Under the pieces are notes generated by a model. It was not told the origin of the DNA and did no database searches. It saw only the letters and a program-made list of their open reading frames with translations. From NCBI RefSeq assembly GCF_006345805.1, contig NC_042998.1, positions 56,110,001-56,174,000 of the forward strand: a stretch of 64,000 bases of DNA. Direction: 5' to 3'. Both the position numbers and the translations under genes were made by a program. The DNA comes from Octopus sinensis (lineage: Eukaryota). This document shows, in pieces, positions 27,773 to 42,439 of the stretch (its first letter is position 1; each line of letters begins with the position of its first letter).

Positions 27773-29431
27773 GTTTGTGTGTATTTCTTTATTTGGTTCG
27801 ATGTCTTATGCAATATTCAACTCATAATACTTCTATCTTAAGTATAATGTATTGCATTCTTTAAGCTGTCTGTCTGAGTTTCTTATTGTTGATTTTTCTT
27901 CCTTTTGTTTTCTTCTGGGTTACTATCTCACTTTTTTGTCTTTGCATATTTGTTTGAATTTTTTGCATTAAGAATTTCTGGAAACTTCTCTTCTGCTACT
28001 ATCTTGTTAGAAATTCAGAAAAATATAAAGTCATGGTACAGACCATATAAAAGCAAAGTAATTTTTTAGTAAAGTAAAATAATTTGTGTTAGATAGAAGT
28101 CAAGAATAGAATCTAATTTTAGTAACAATAGGAGTAACAAACACAATTTTGTTAAGTTTGACACACCTCTGTTGTCCAGTAATTATCATACAATAATTAG
28201 TAAAATTAAATTTAAAATTTTCAATTTTACTCAAATATTTGTCAGTAAAATACAGCACTATTACTATAGAAATGGATAAATAGTTTTAATTATGCTTCTG
28301 CTGAATATAACCTGAATAAAATTATTCTATAGATCAAGAAAACTGGAAATTAGTTGATATAGTATGATTATGTTATAATTTCCAGTAGTAAATTTTGTCT
28401 TTCTCTCTATAAAAATGGTTCCAAGTTTTTCCCACTGAGTGGTACTTTGAGCAAGTGTCTTCAGCCATTGCCTCAAGTTGGCAATGGAATTTAATAGATG
28501 TAAGCTATATGGAAGCTCATCATATATATGTGTGCAGTGGTATGTGTTTGTATCTTTTACTAATATATATCAGTGAAAGGTATAAATATTACTAAAAGTC
28601 AGTGCTCTCATCACTTTTACTGTCAGAAATGCAATGAACCAGTAATTGCTATTCTTCACAAATAGTGATATCAAATAAATAAAAGTTCTTTCAAACATTT
28701 TGGTTCTAGATTAGTATCTTTAAAAAATTCTACATTCTTCAAACTAATTGTTTTAAAATTCATAATTTTTATATTATTTGCTGTATATAGCCTTTAATAT
28801 TATTTATTTGCCATTTTGGTTTAAATTGTGTAGTTTACATTTAATAAGTGTATTTTTCTGTATTTTCTCTTGAAAATTCCTATAGATGTTAAGAGGCTTC
28901 TTTTCTGTGCATGCTCTATATTTTCTCAATATTTTCTTTAATTCCTCATTGCATGTCTCTTTGTCAAATGTTTAATTAGTTTAATACATTCTCAGAAATT
29001 CGGAAACAACCAGTTTAACTGTTTAGAAAAGAAATTTTGGAATCACAAATAGTGGTTTTAAAAGCAAAATCCCAAAAGTTACAGATGATTTGAAAATTAT
29101 TAAATGCAAAGTGCTGTAAAGCAAGAGATAAGCTCCCAAAACTTAGTCTATTAATACTCAATTCATTGAAAGATACAATTTCAACAATGTTTTTTCCATA
29201 TATGGTTTGGATGGATTAGCAAAATAATTTTCCTGTTTTTTGTAAGTTCCTGATTCACTCTGATGTCTTTCAATTAAAATTTCATTCTCTCAGTTTTCAT
29301 ACAACTGCTTTTATATTCTGTCACTGATAGATGTATAGCCCACCACCAAGTGCAAAACATTGTTTGACTTCTGCAATGCAACAATGATAGCTTTTATCTG
29401 TGCCAAACTCTTAAAAACACACACACACACA

Positions 29432-29490
<59 letters not shown>

Positions 29491-29739
29491 TATCTATCTA
29501 TCTATCTATTTATCTATTTATCTATCTCCCTCTCAGTTTATCATCTTAATTTTCTTCCAGCTGCTTGCCACACAACTGGAAACTTATTGTAATGCATCAT
29601 ATTTCCAAAAAGAACAAACTCTTAAGTCTTCCAAATTACAGACTTGTTTCTTTCAAATCAATCATCTCAAAGATGTTGGAAAGGATTGATAAAATTTTCC
29701 AAATCAAATGGTTTTAAAGTAATCTTAACACAAACAAAA

Positions 29740-30500
29740 GTTTTAGTTATCAGGAAAGAAGACAAGACTTTATTGCTATGAAAGAAGTGGCCATGCTCAA
29801 AAGGCAGTAGTTTGGAATGCCATAAGTGTCTAATGTTAACTATAGAGTCACGAGATGTACTGGGATCACAGATAGGCTGTGAGAGAGAAAAAGGATTTCA
29901 TATGTAAAAGATGCACAGGATTAATTATCAGTAAGAGCACTCATGATGCATTTTTTCTTTCAAATACTTGATGGGCTCCATAGAAACAGTTGATAGCTTC
30001 TGTTACCTTGGTGATTAGATTAACAATAGAGGAGGCTGTTTTGGAAGCATAATATCTTGAATAATGACTGTGTGGAAAAATTCAGGAACTATTATTTCAA
30101 TTGGCGATATTGGGTTTTTCCACTGATTATCAGTTAGTTTGTATGATGTTGTACCCAAAGTATGGCATTCCATGGTTGTGAAACATGGACATTGAATATG
30201 GAAGATGTGTAAAGGCTAGAAGTGAGCAGTCTCCGCTTGATATGTAATGTTACTGTCAAATGGATTTGAGAGAAAACAAGCTACAAGAAGCAGCAGAGGT
30301 AATATGTTAAAGAGAAGACTGAGCTAATATAAACAGGTGATGTGTATGGAGGATGACAAGTGAGTAAAGAAGTGCCAAGTGACCCAAATTTTAAAACACC
30401 TGCAAGAAAGAAAGATCGAGGAGGGCATGGAGAGGAATGGTGAAAGCTGATCTCATTACATTAAAACTTAAGAAAGAGATGATCAGAGGCTACAACAAAT
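29740..30500 (+). mobile_element. RTE-clade LINE 3' fragment
   Basis: GITDRL..FICKRCTG and ETVDSFCYLGD*INNRGGCFGSI motifs, degenerate. Confidence 0.75.
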
Positions 30501-31339
30501 GGAGATATGCTTTACTGGAGAACATCCATCCACCCATTTGTTTCTGTACCAACTCTGTTTCCAACACCAATTCATACAAAAGTTTCATATGAAAAACGAT
30601 GTGATATTTGCAGTTTTAAACATTAGAGCAGCACTTTTTGAGACCTGCATCAAGGGTTGTGCTCTTATATTGCACAACTACTCAGCACTGTGTTTTGCTT
30701 GTATCAAGAGGAAACAAAAAGTATAAATAAAGATAAAAATAAAATTGGATATTTTTTTACATCTGAAGAACTGCAATCTTCCTTCAGACAAAAGCCTAAG
30801 TTGAGTGCTGCATTGGAAATACTCCATCTTTCTACTCTGCTTGTTTTGTCTGACTTAGGCATATATATATATATATATATATGCCTACGGTCCTGGAAGA
30901 GTGGAAAGAAACCTGTTCTGTTCTGGCACCTTTCCAACGTTTACCTCTCAATTCCAAAATAAAGCTACCTCCCTTTCTACTGTAGCTCACTTGGTCAAAG
31001 ATCTTGCTCTTGCAGGTTGCATGGTGATCTCACTAGTGCAGGTACAGCAAGCAAAATACTTTGTACACCTTGTAAAAGAGTTGGCATTAGGAAGAACACT
31101 CAACCAAAGCCATGCCAAAACAGACATTGGGAGTACACTGCAGTCCTCAGACCATTTAGATCTTGTCAGACTATCCAGCCTATACTTGCATGGAAGATGG
31201 ATGTTAAATGAGAATAATGATGTATACATATAAGCTGTTTTAACTTGTTATGCTATATGGGCAGATTGTATGAAGGCATCAGATGTGTTATAAAATGCTG
31301 AGTTGTTTTTCATCGCATGAAACTAGTAATAGCTCATAA

Positions 31340-31610
31340 AAATATATAATAAAAAATAAATGCGCCCTTTTAAAGCCTAGCCAGGCTCATGGGCCCGGTT
31401 TCCCAGTTTCTATGGCACGTGTATTCCCCAGCTGGATGGGACGCCAGTTCACCGCAGTGTTACTCAATTTTGCCAGCTGTGTGGACTGGAGCAGCATGAA
31501 ACAAAGTGTTTTGCTCAAGAACACAACGCATCGCCCAGTCCAAGAATCGAAACCACAATCTTACGATCATGATGCTGACACCCTAACCACTAAGCCATGC
31601 GCTTCCACAT
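31340..31610 (-). mobile_element. tRNA-headed SINE (family B)
   Basis: gtggaagcgcatggcttagtggttagggtg...ggtttcgattc head plus ttgtgttcttgagcaaaacac central domain; the same domain recurs at ~62475-62540. Confidence 0.75.
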
Positions 31611-34600
31611 AAAAATATATACTGTGTGTATATTAAGTAATATACATACATACATACATCATATATACATACATACATCTGCTATGTATGTATGTGTGTT
31701 GTAAGTTTGTAAATATGCAATAGCTATATGTTGCAAATAAGTCCCCACATTCTTTATTCCCATTCTACATTTTGTTTTGAAAACATCACTGCTCTTTAAT
31801 TCATGTGTTTTCCCCTAATTTATAATGAAACAAAAGTCTACTTCCTTTCTTTTCCACTATTATTTGATGAGTGTAGCTCTTCCATGCCTTATCAAAAGAT
31901 TGTCACATGTATACGTTTACTAGTATGTTGTCTTTGTGTTCTTAGTCCTTGTCTTTGTACATCCATCACCAGAGAAATAGTACCATGGAATTTAACATCT
32001 TTAGGCTTTAAACATGCTGAAACCATGTTGATTTTAGTCTTCATTGCTAATGAGAGAATTTCCATGTTATGTCTTGTTAGCTGTATATTCAACAATTTCC
32101 TAATAAATCTTTTACACCTCACTTACTACAATTTAATATTTTCCTGCCTTTTTGCAATAATTTAAACTTTGCAAAACAGGTTATTCCTTAAAGCTTGACT
32201 TCAAATACATACATAGTGTATGGAATCTTTTTGCATATTCATACTTGAAACTAACTTCTGTTTACTTCATTGTTAACCTGCACATTAGCTCTGTAATTTT
32301 ATTGTCCTTCATATAATCTTATTTACCACTATCATTGTTTTGATATACTTTTTTTATCTAGTGGTATTAGCACCATTCCCAACAGGTACTAAGCGTGAAA
32401 TTTGAAAATTTTTTCTCTAATATCAAATGTGAAATTCTGTCTATACTGCGTCACTATTTAAATTAAATCCCATGGATGTGTTTTTCTCTTTCTCTCTCTC
32501 TCTCCCTCTCCCTATCTTTCTCTCTCTCTGTCCCTCTCATGTATTACTAAAATTTTAAACTTAATGTATTCCTAAATAATCTACCTTCTTAAAGAGGTAA
32601 AATATACTTTCCATCACCTACTCCATCTGCATGTTATTTATTCTGGTGTTACAATAACCAATTGCCAACTTCTGTCGACATTATCATTAGGTAATGCAGC
32701 ATGTGGTCAAAGCATCTACTCTCTTCCTACTTCTCTGTTGTCTCATTTATTTATCTTGGTAATATGTTAGCTCTCTTGCTTCAAACCCTTCTACAAGATT
32801 AATTTTTCCAATTATAATAAGATAGCGAGTACCCATCATCTTACAAAATTACTGATGCTACAATAAATACATTCCAGTTTCTTCTTTTATTTCTACTAAT
32901 TCAGCTAAATGAAATATACTGTACTAGAAGCCTGCCCAAACTATGATAGCATGAAAAAGATAACAGTTGTTAAGATGAAAATGTTATTGGTGTGATTTAT
33001 TTCTTGTTTTCCTAATTAAATATAGTTGTTTATAATGTTTAGTAATCTTTGTTTCTTACCCTTAACATGCCGATTTACCTTCCTTATTCAGTTTTATATT
33101 GAAAATAAAACTATTGGTACATATCTTATTTTTTTCTTTCCAACCATTCTTTTTTTTTTCCTATTAACTGCTCACAGCACTTCAATATCATAGAGCCAGG
33201 TCATGATATGGAGATGAAAAAAAAACTTATGTTGTCCCTTACAAAGACTTGACAATTTTGTCTTCATTTTTAAACATTACTAGCTGCCTTTTGATAACTT
33301 TTACATCAGCTTTCTTTAGTATGATTTTGTTTTTCAACTATCAGTGGTATATTGCTAATATCAATGTTTTACATTTTTGCAAAACAAGTTAGGTTTTAAT
33401 GATAAAAACCATGCCTTAATTGTATGTAGTATTTCTTATTAGATACAAATGATATTTTGGGCTGGAAATATCAAGTTTGCATTTCATTCAACCCAAGAAA
33501 TAAGTCTCGTTTTATTTTTCCATACTAATAAACATCTCAGATTCTCCTCACAAGGAAATATTGAAATTTGTTTCCCCTCATGTTAGTGTAAATATTACAC
33601 TCAAAATACTTTTCTATTTCACTAAATAATATATTGCCTTATAACTCCTTTTATAACATTACAATATAAGGCTCTGTCTGTCTGTGTCTGTGTGTGTGTG
33701 TGTGTGTGTGTGCATGCATGCTTGTGTGTGTGTATGTGCCCATGTATGTGTGTTTGTTTTGAATTTTCAAAAGCTACTTGCATGTTGTTTGTTTTTCAGT
33801 TTTCTTCCTTTCATTTTTTTTTGTTAAAAATAATAAGCAAGAGCTTAATTATAGCATGATGTTTTGCCATTCTTCAATTCTCTATGTTTGTTGTCCTGCA
33901 GGTAACCAGTTTTATACTTTGGTCAGTTGGGTCTAATTCAACTGCTTTTTTTGTTTTTCCTTTTTTTTATGAATTTTTTATTTGAAACATAAAATTTGCT
34001 ATATTATAGGATGTAACTACATTTGTAAATGCTACATCAATCTTTCTTCTTCCTAAATATTCTAAACCTTCAGTCAATAAATAAATTTATCAAATAGCCC
34101 AGATAAATGCTTTTATTAAAATACAGTTATTTATAGTCATACTTTTAGCCAACACACTCATACTGTCTATATCATTAAGTGCTTTCATTCATGCAAATTA
34201 AAATAAATAATTTAGAAGTGTAAAACTTGCAATTATATATGTAGAGAAGGAAGTGACACACACACAAGTACGTATACCCACAGATGTTTGTGTTTGATAC
34301 CTATATTTAACTCCTATGATGAATAACAGTAAATTTATTATAACTAATTATACATTTAAATTTAAATCTATATTACTTAAACAGAATGTAAAGGTCTTAA
34401 GTATCAGATATTTTGTTAAGATTTAGTATCTTTAAAGTAATTACTGTCCTTTTGTTTTTGTTTTTCCAGTGATCCAGGAATAAGCTTATTTTAAATGGCC
34501 CAGCTGTATATAATGAAAGTAAAAGAAACAAAAAGACCGAGTAAATTACACTGTAAGCAGAAATGTCATTGTCCAAGTAATGACAGACCAGGATACAAGA

Positions 34601-35280
34601 ATTTTCTGAACTTGCCCTATGCGTAAAAGGCAAGCATCAAGTATGATCCCATCATTTTGACTGTGTGAATTGGAGAGAAACATAAAAAACAACAAATAAC
34701 TAAATAAAAAAAAATCATGCATGAAAAAAAAAGGAACATTTTCTAACTGTGTTCATCAATCAGTCATTTCAATAAGCATTTTACAGAAAATAATTATGAG
34801 CATCTTATTGTAAATAATTGTTCAAATACAAAGGATTGTATAGTGATATATACATCACTAAAGACATAAGAATGGTGTAAATTTTTTTGTTACCTCGTAA
34901 TGCAGGGATACTGTAGTATAAATAAATAATGGTTATACTGATGTAAGTTTTGGTTGGTTCTCAAGAATTGTAAGTTAGTCCATAAAACAAAAAAGACTTT
35001 TCAGCCTTTACTTACAGAAAAAAAAAAGCAAAGTTACATTTCCCTTTTTTTCCCTTTTTTTTTTCATTTCCATTCTTTTACCTCTTTCCTTTAGATATAT
35101 GTGTTAGATAGCAGGAAAATCATAAAAATGTTCTTTGTGTTCATTTCTATATAATGGAACAGCTCATTAATTCAAATGACAAGCCCTTACCTGCTGCCTT
35201 ATGTCTTTATTCTAGTGCTACAGTGCTTCACCATGTGCTTTACTTTGCATTTATATGGACAAAAGATCTTGTAATTGTGC

Positions 35281-35318
<38 letters not shown>

Positions 35319-35336
35319 TATATATGCATATATATA

Positions 35337-35392
<56 letters not shown>

Positions 35393-36371
35393 ATATATAT
35401 ATGCATATATATATATGCATGTGTGTGTGTATCTGCATATAAATGTATTTACATATGTGTATATACATGCACTCTTATTTGGAAGTGTATTTATATGTGT
35501 GCATATAAGATGCATGGGTGTATGTACATATGTAAATATATGTTTATATTGCATCTACATATTCACATATGTATTCATGTAGATAGATAAATGTGGGTAT
35601 ATGTGTTTATACATTTAAATATTCAAGAAATTGTATCTTTAAAAAAAAATATATTAATTTATATAACCAAGACAGAATCAGAAAATTTTTTTCTGCTTAT
35701 GTCTATTTGATCTTTTTTTGCAATTGAACTAGTGTTGGGTCGTTACTGGTATTTTCTTATTCACTGCTATTAATGTTCTAAGTATAATAAATTTGACTAA
35801 AATATTAATGATATTAGTTATTAAATTTTATTTATAAATAAAAATTATAGTTATAATGAGAACTTGATTATAATTTGAATTTCAGTATATGTTTAGCATT
35901 TCCACTAAATATGAATATCATTCATTATAAATCACAGCATCAGCAACATATTAATTCAGTGTCCCTACATATCTAGATTTGAGTAAATGTCTACAACTAT
36001 TCCCACCACTCATCCATTTATTTTCTCAGAACATTTCATTAGAAATATAATGTTAGTAGCTTTGAAGCAGATATTCAGAACATATAGACTTGATATTTTA
36101 GCACCAATTAATACACTTGTTAGAAATATCTCCAGATTTTCAAGATTACAGAATACACAATATAAAAAAAAATTTAGTTTAGCAGATAAATTTTAGCTAA
36201 TTTGTTTTAAGTAAGTTAAATCGGAGTTAGACAAGAACAATCAGTGAGGAAATGTCCATTAATCACAATATAATTTAACCAAAACTTAACATTGCAGAGT
36301 TTTTTTACTCTCACTACTAAACAATAAAGGATTTGTTTTGTGCATCATGCATTCTTCTCGATTCATTTGGA

Positions 36372-36402
<31 letters not shown>

Positions 36403-37769
36403 AAAATATATATGTATGTATGTATACATATACACACACTGCTGTGGAGCTGACCATGGCTACAACTGTTCTATACCTATCCAAAGTTATCTCATTTTAC
36501 ATTACACACATTTAACAATAAGCAAGCATAAATGTATATATATTTACATGTCCACAAAAACTGATGCAGAGATACATACACATAAATCTATATAAATACA
36601 CACACGTAGCCATACTCACATATAGGTGAACATACACATACATTCATAAGCACACAAACACACAAACACACACAAAAATTCAGTATTCATGTATGTGCGT
36701 ATATACTGAGGAGAAATTGGATATACACATATTGCAATTAATATCATATATATATATATATATATATATCCATCAAATTCCAGTTACGTATATAAATACA
36801 TACTTGTAAGTACTTTTCATCAAATACATAACTACATCTATAGAAAGTTAATGTTTAGTCTAATAACAAAAATGCATTCTGAAAAATTACTTATATGTTT
36901 AGTACAACAAAACTTTATCCTTAAAAACTGAAATCACTTTTTCACTTAATGGTATACTTAGAATTAATAGTAAATTGCAAAGGTTTTGGATTTCTGCATC
37001 ATATTTGGTGCTGAATTAATCTTTATTTCTTATGAATGCTGGAAAAAAAATCAGTGTTTAACTAATATTTTCCCACTCTTTATATGTATATAGTTTTCTA
37101 TGGATTACCGAACTGTATATATTACTGGATTTGATGTAACGGTATCAAAGTAAAAATTCTGAAAGTAATATGCAATTTTCTCCTACATCCAGCAACATAG
37201 TGTGCATATGGCAACTGACTTTGTTTAATGCTATAAACCTTCTTTTTAGTTAATTTGCTTTTCTGTATTTTTTAGAATATTTAGTTATTATATACTTCAT
37301 GTTTAAATTTTTTGTAAACCCCCACTCTTGGAAAATGTAGAAGAGCTCTCTTAATTCAATTAGAATTTAGATAAAATTTGGACTTCTATATTTTTTTTTT
37401 TATTTGTTTAAAATAGCAATACTATTAGAAATATTTTATTATTTGCATAATAATTTATTTCCCAAGTAGCAGTTGCTATACAATTACTATTAACATACAC
37501 ATGAAATCTGATCTATTTAATCTCTTAGATCAAGAGAGCAAATTATTTAAAATTTATTATTTTTGAATATTTCTTTGCTCCGAGTAATTAAACAAATTGT
37601 TTTTCTTTTCTGCTATTACTGTTGATGCTGCCTTTAATTTTAGTTCTGTTATTGTTATTATTGTTGTTACAAATATCACCTTCATCTTCAACATTATCAT
37701 CATGATCATTGTTAATAAACATATTAGTTAGTTTGTTATTAAGAACTCCAAGTTTCTTAATTCGGAAGT

Positions 37770-37776
37770 ATATCAG

Positions 37777-37827
<51 letters not shown>

Positions 37828-37863
37828 GATATGTATGTGTGTGTATATATATATATATACATA

Positions 37864-37901
<38 letters not shown>

Positions 37902-38159
37902 GTATGTGTGTGTATATATGTATATATATATGCATGTGTATATATGTATGTGTGTATATATATATATATATATATGCATGTGTATATATGTATGTGTGTA
38001 TATATATATATATGCATGTGTATATATATGTGTGTGTGTGTGTGTATATATATATATACACACATATATGTATATATATATATGTGTGTGTGTGTATGTG
38101 TACATATATATATATATATACACACACATATATGTATATATATATGCATGTGTATATAT

Positions 38160-38191
<32 letters not shown>

Positions 38192-38392
38192 GCATGTGTA
38201 TATGTATGTGTGTATATATATATATGCATGTGTATATATATGTGTGTGTGTGTGTATATATATATATACACACATATATGTATATATATATGTGTGTGTG
38301 TGTATGTGTACATATATATATATATATACACACACACATATATGTATATATATATGTATGTTTATATATATATATACATACATATATATATG
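37770..38392. repeat. long compound TA/TG/CA microsatellite with higher-order structure
   Basis: direct reading; similar tracts at 35283-35590, 50821-50940, 51967-52380, 58290-58860. Confidence 0.95.
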
Positions 38393-38910
38393 TTTTTTTT
38401 CCTTTTTTTTAAACTTAGAAGAGCAAAACATTAAAATAATGAAATTCTTACTGTTGGTCATTTATGATACCAATTACTTTTTTTATTTTAATTCAGTCTT
38501 TTACATATAAGTAATTATTATTTTTTTTAATTTGCTTATCTGGTAAACATTTGGAATTCTGAAATCTTTTAAGCATTTATAGATAGATAACACTAAAACT
38601 GCAATAGACTAATTTTTTATGGAAAATCAGGTAACATATTCCTTTCATTAGCAAATATTTAAATATATAATTAATAGCAAATAAGGAAAGGGGAAATGTT
38701 TGCCAAAATTATCCTCAATTTCATCTTAAAGATATTAGATTTATGAATAAATATATAATGTAGGAAATTTTAATATTTATTTGTTCAATAAATGAGAATT
38801 TTTAACAATGCTTCCCTCAAAATTAAATATTGAAATACTATTTTCCTTGGTAAAAAAAAAAAATCATACAAGTTTATTTTGTTAATTTTTCTTTTAATTT
38901 TCCTTTGCAG

Positions 38911-38942
38911 GTTCTTGTCATCTAAATTATTTCATTTCATAA
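38911..38942 (+). CDS. candidate terminal coding exon of the collagen (phase 0: VLVI*; phase 1: G-SCHLNYFIS*)
   Basis: very strong acceptor ttttcttttaattttcctttgcag|; followed by repeat-poor AT-rich UTR-like sequence containing AATAAA hexamers. Confidence 0.3.
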
Positions 38943-41846
38943 ATTAAAGGAAACTTTTTTGTCAGCTTTTTCACTTAAAAATTATTTAGCTAACTTTTTA
39001 TTTAATATTTTCTATGCTTTTATTGATTTATATAAGGAAAATAAATTTGTTTTAGTATTTGAGAGAAGTTATCTCTGATAAAAATTTGTATCTCAGATAA
39101 AAATTTGTATCTCTGAAATTTATTATATATATATTCTGTTTACCATTGTAAAATGTTAGATAAATTAGGAAAATATTTTAAATCTATTTTTTAGTTACTT
39201 TGGAAAAATGAATTAACATGAAATAACTATATTATTTAGATAAATTTTTACATCAGATTAATCTTTCTAGTTTATCTTAATTTTATTTGTAATATTTTAA
39301 CATAGACTGTATAAGTACAAAAATTTTATATTGTAAAATGCATTTAAAATGTGCTTTGAACATTTTAATTCAAATAAAATGTATACAGTATTTTTTATCT
39401 TTAATGGATTTTTATTGTTTTTGTCTTCATACACACACTATACACATTTATTTTACACTACACTTTAAATAAAATTATTAAAATAAATTTTAACTGTTTT
39501 AAAATTACCTTCATTATCAACAGAGTGACTTTTGTATTCCATAGAAAAGTTCCCATTAAAAGACTAAATTATTTTGTAAATATTATTCTCTTCTTTCTCT
39601 CTCAGACCATTTATTCAAATAAATCTAAATATTTTCTTCAATTTTTGTGCGCTTTTAAAAATTTGCTAAATCTTAAAATGTAGTATTATGTTAAATTGTT
39701 TTCAGTTCTAACTTTAATGCAAATATGTTATTATAGCAAAGTCTAAGTTTCTTTTAAGCACACTAAGGTTGTTAGACATTTCTTGAAATCTTCTGTTCTC
39801 ATAGATGACAATTGCTTGTACATTGTCATACAAATGAATTGTTGAAATAAACTAGTAAAGAAAGTAATCAAGGAAATTTTGTTATCTCTCAAAACTAATA
39901 TTTTACTAGGCTTTGTTGGGGAAATTGAGCTCTTGGTTACAGTGGTAGCAATCTTTAGGTTATCAGAATATTGTCTTGTAATTGATTTCTGTCATGCACT
40001 CAATGATTGTGATATATGAAGTGGTCAGAGAACATTTGCTAATTTGTCGTGAGATGGATTAGGAGACTGGACTATGTAGAGGAGAATCAAATTAAAAGAA
40101 ATTTTAGTATCAAAGAAGTACTGCATGTATGCAGCAAAAAATTACTGTATTTACATCAGATGTGTTGTTTGTGTATTTACTCCCCATTATGTATCTACAT
40201 CTATAGCCAAAAGCTCAAATTCTTCTACTATAAACAGTTTGATTGCAATCTTCATTCTTGTTCAAACAACTCAATAAATTACAGAATTGTTTGGAATCTT
40301 TGAAATTATTAATAATAAATCAGTGGAAAATTGGTTAATAAGTCTTTGCACCAATGTATTTATTCCAATATATATTAAGGAAACCCTGATATGCAGAAAT
40401 ATTTTCCAGCATTTTCACAGCTCTTTTTAAGAACAGACCTTTCAATTATAAATTTCAAAAAAAAATTTTTCAATTGCACTTTTGCTAAGTTAGCTCATAC
40501 TAAAATATGTTTATTGTAGTTAAGTAACTAATACAAATTGGACAATTGTGCAAAAATTCTTTGTTTACCTTTGTATACAAATACAAAATAGCATTTCTTT
40601 GTTCAAATGTGAACACCATGAAAACTTCCAAAGCTGAATAAATAAAGAGGAGAAAAAAATGCTCTGATCAATGAACCATGACACATGGCAGAATCTGCAG
40701 CTTGTTCTTCAAACCAGACTGAAACATAACACTTCAAGTGGAAAACCCAAAATATTTAAATAGTATCTTTTTGGCCATAGGTTTGTTTCAACAAAACTAA
40801 TAAACTGAGGTTATACCAGGATAAGAAATTTCAAACCATTATGCTACTGTCTTTATAACCACAAGCTATAAGTAAAACAAAAATTCACATATTTATGGCA
40901 TAAACTCTTGCTTCTGATTACAAGAAGTTAACAAAATATTTCATTAGAATTCAAAGTTGAATAAATGTCATTGGGAATTTTTTAAATCCTGTCCAGTTTT
41001 CATTGCATCTTATATGTGTCCTATAGTCCAAAGATAAAGTCAACAGATAGTATTAACTCATATTTCCATTTGGAAAGTAACCCTGTTCACTATACAAGAA
41101 AAACCTTAGTACTTTATATTCAATGTCAGTACTAGGTGCACAAGAAGTTCAATTGGGTCTCTGGCAGATAAACAAACAATGTATATAAGTGATTTGTTTT
41201 TTATTTTTTGAATGTGATCACAGTCAGAACACCTATGAAATGATCAGTATTGCTTAGGTGAACTTTAATTAGTGTTGGAATATTTTAGCAACAAAGGGTT
41301 TTTACCTCTTTGTGTAAAAAGTAGATGTATGAAATATAAAGCTGCATAATAGCAATTCTTAGACATCAAATGAAAGTCTAAGCTTGTGGCCACAAGCTGA
41401 GAAGGCAAATTGGATATTATAGGCACCAGCCAATGTGTGTAGCAGACAAGAAGATGGTAAATTCAGAAATGTGCCATAAGTCACATGATCAAGAGGAATA
41501 ACAATGTGTCAAACTGCAAACCTATTTAACTAGTATAAAACTCTAAACATTACAGTGATGGTGATGATGATGGTGTTGCTTGATCAAAGCTTATTTTTCA
41601 GTTAATTAGCTAATTATTTTGCAGTCTGCATACACACGCACCTACATTCATTTGTGTGTATGTGTATATATGTATATATATATTAGCTTTTAAGCTAATA
41701 CATATATTAGTTCTGCAAACAGATGGGAAGTTCTGCAAACAGATCTCTGACTTGTTTTGGAGAATTTGTTGCAATTGCCTCCTCCAGAGTCATATCCTGA
41801 TGATGAACATATTCTTTGCTAAAAATCATTTTAAAAAAAATTATCA

Positions 41847-42111
41847 AAAACAATCACAGTAATGAGAACATAGGAATCCAAAATTTCAGGATTGCAGGTC
41901 TGGATTTGGCCCAGAATGTTTTTAATTTACTCACAAAGTTGGTCTTTAGATTATAAAAATTGTTATCGTACACAAAAAATTGTCGCAAAAAGTCACGTAA
42001 TAAAATCAGCGAAAACAATCACAGTAATGAAAACTTGGTTAATCCAAAATTTCAGGATTGTGGGTCCAGATTCGGCCCGTAATGTTTTGAATTTACTCAC
42101 AGAGTCGGCCT
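41847..42111. repeat. ~100-bp direct repeat, period ~165 bp
   Basis: aaaacaatcacagtaatga...aatccaaaatttcaggattg...aatttactcaca twice. Confidence 0.85.
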
Positions 42112-42439
42112 GATTCCAAAATGGTATGATATGTTGGGGTACAGCCTCTAGGAATTAAGTTGAAAAGTGTGACACACGGACATTCACATTTATTATATTA
42201 TATCCTTATATTATTTGAAGGCAGTGAGCTGACAGAATTGTTAGTACACCAGGCAAAATGCCTAGTAGTATTTTGTCTGCTGCTAGGTTTTGAGTTCGAA
42301 TTCCACCAAGGTCAACTTTGCTTTCATCCTTTTGGGAGTCGATAAAATTAGTACCAGTTATGTACTGAGATCAATGTAATCAACTTAATCCCCTCCCCCA
42401 AAATTTGAGGCCTTTTGCTTTCAGTAGAAAGGATTTAAA

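Noticed and set aside
37588-38510. Six overlapping 188-249 aa ORFs rich in Y/I/C/V/H/T
   Set aside because: Translations of TA/TG/CA repeats that lack stops; the same applies to 35255-35590, 50758-51002, 51948-52423 and 58623-58952
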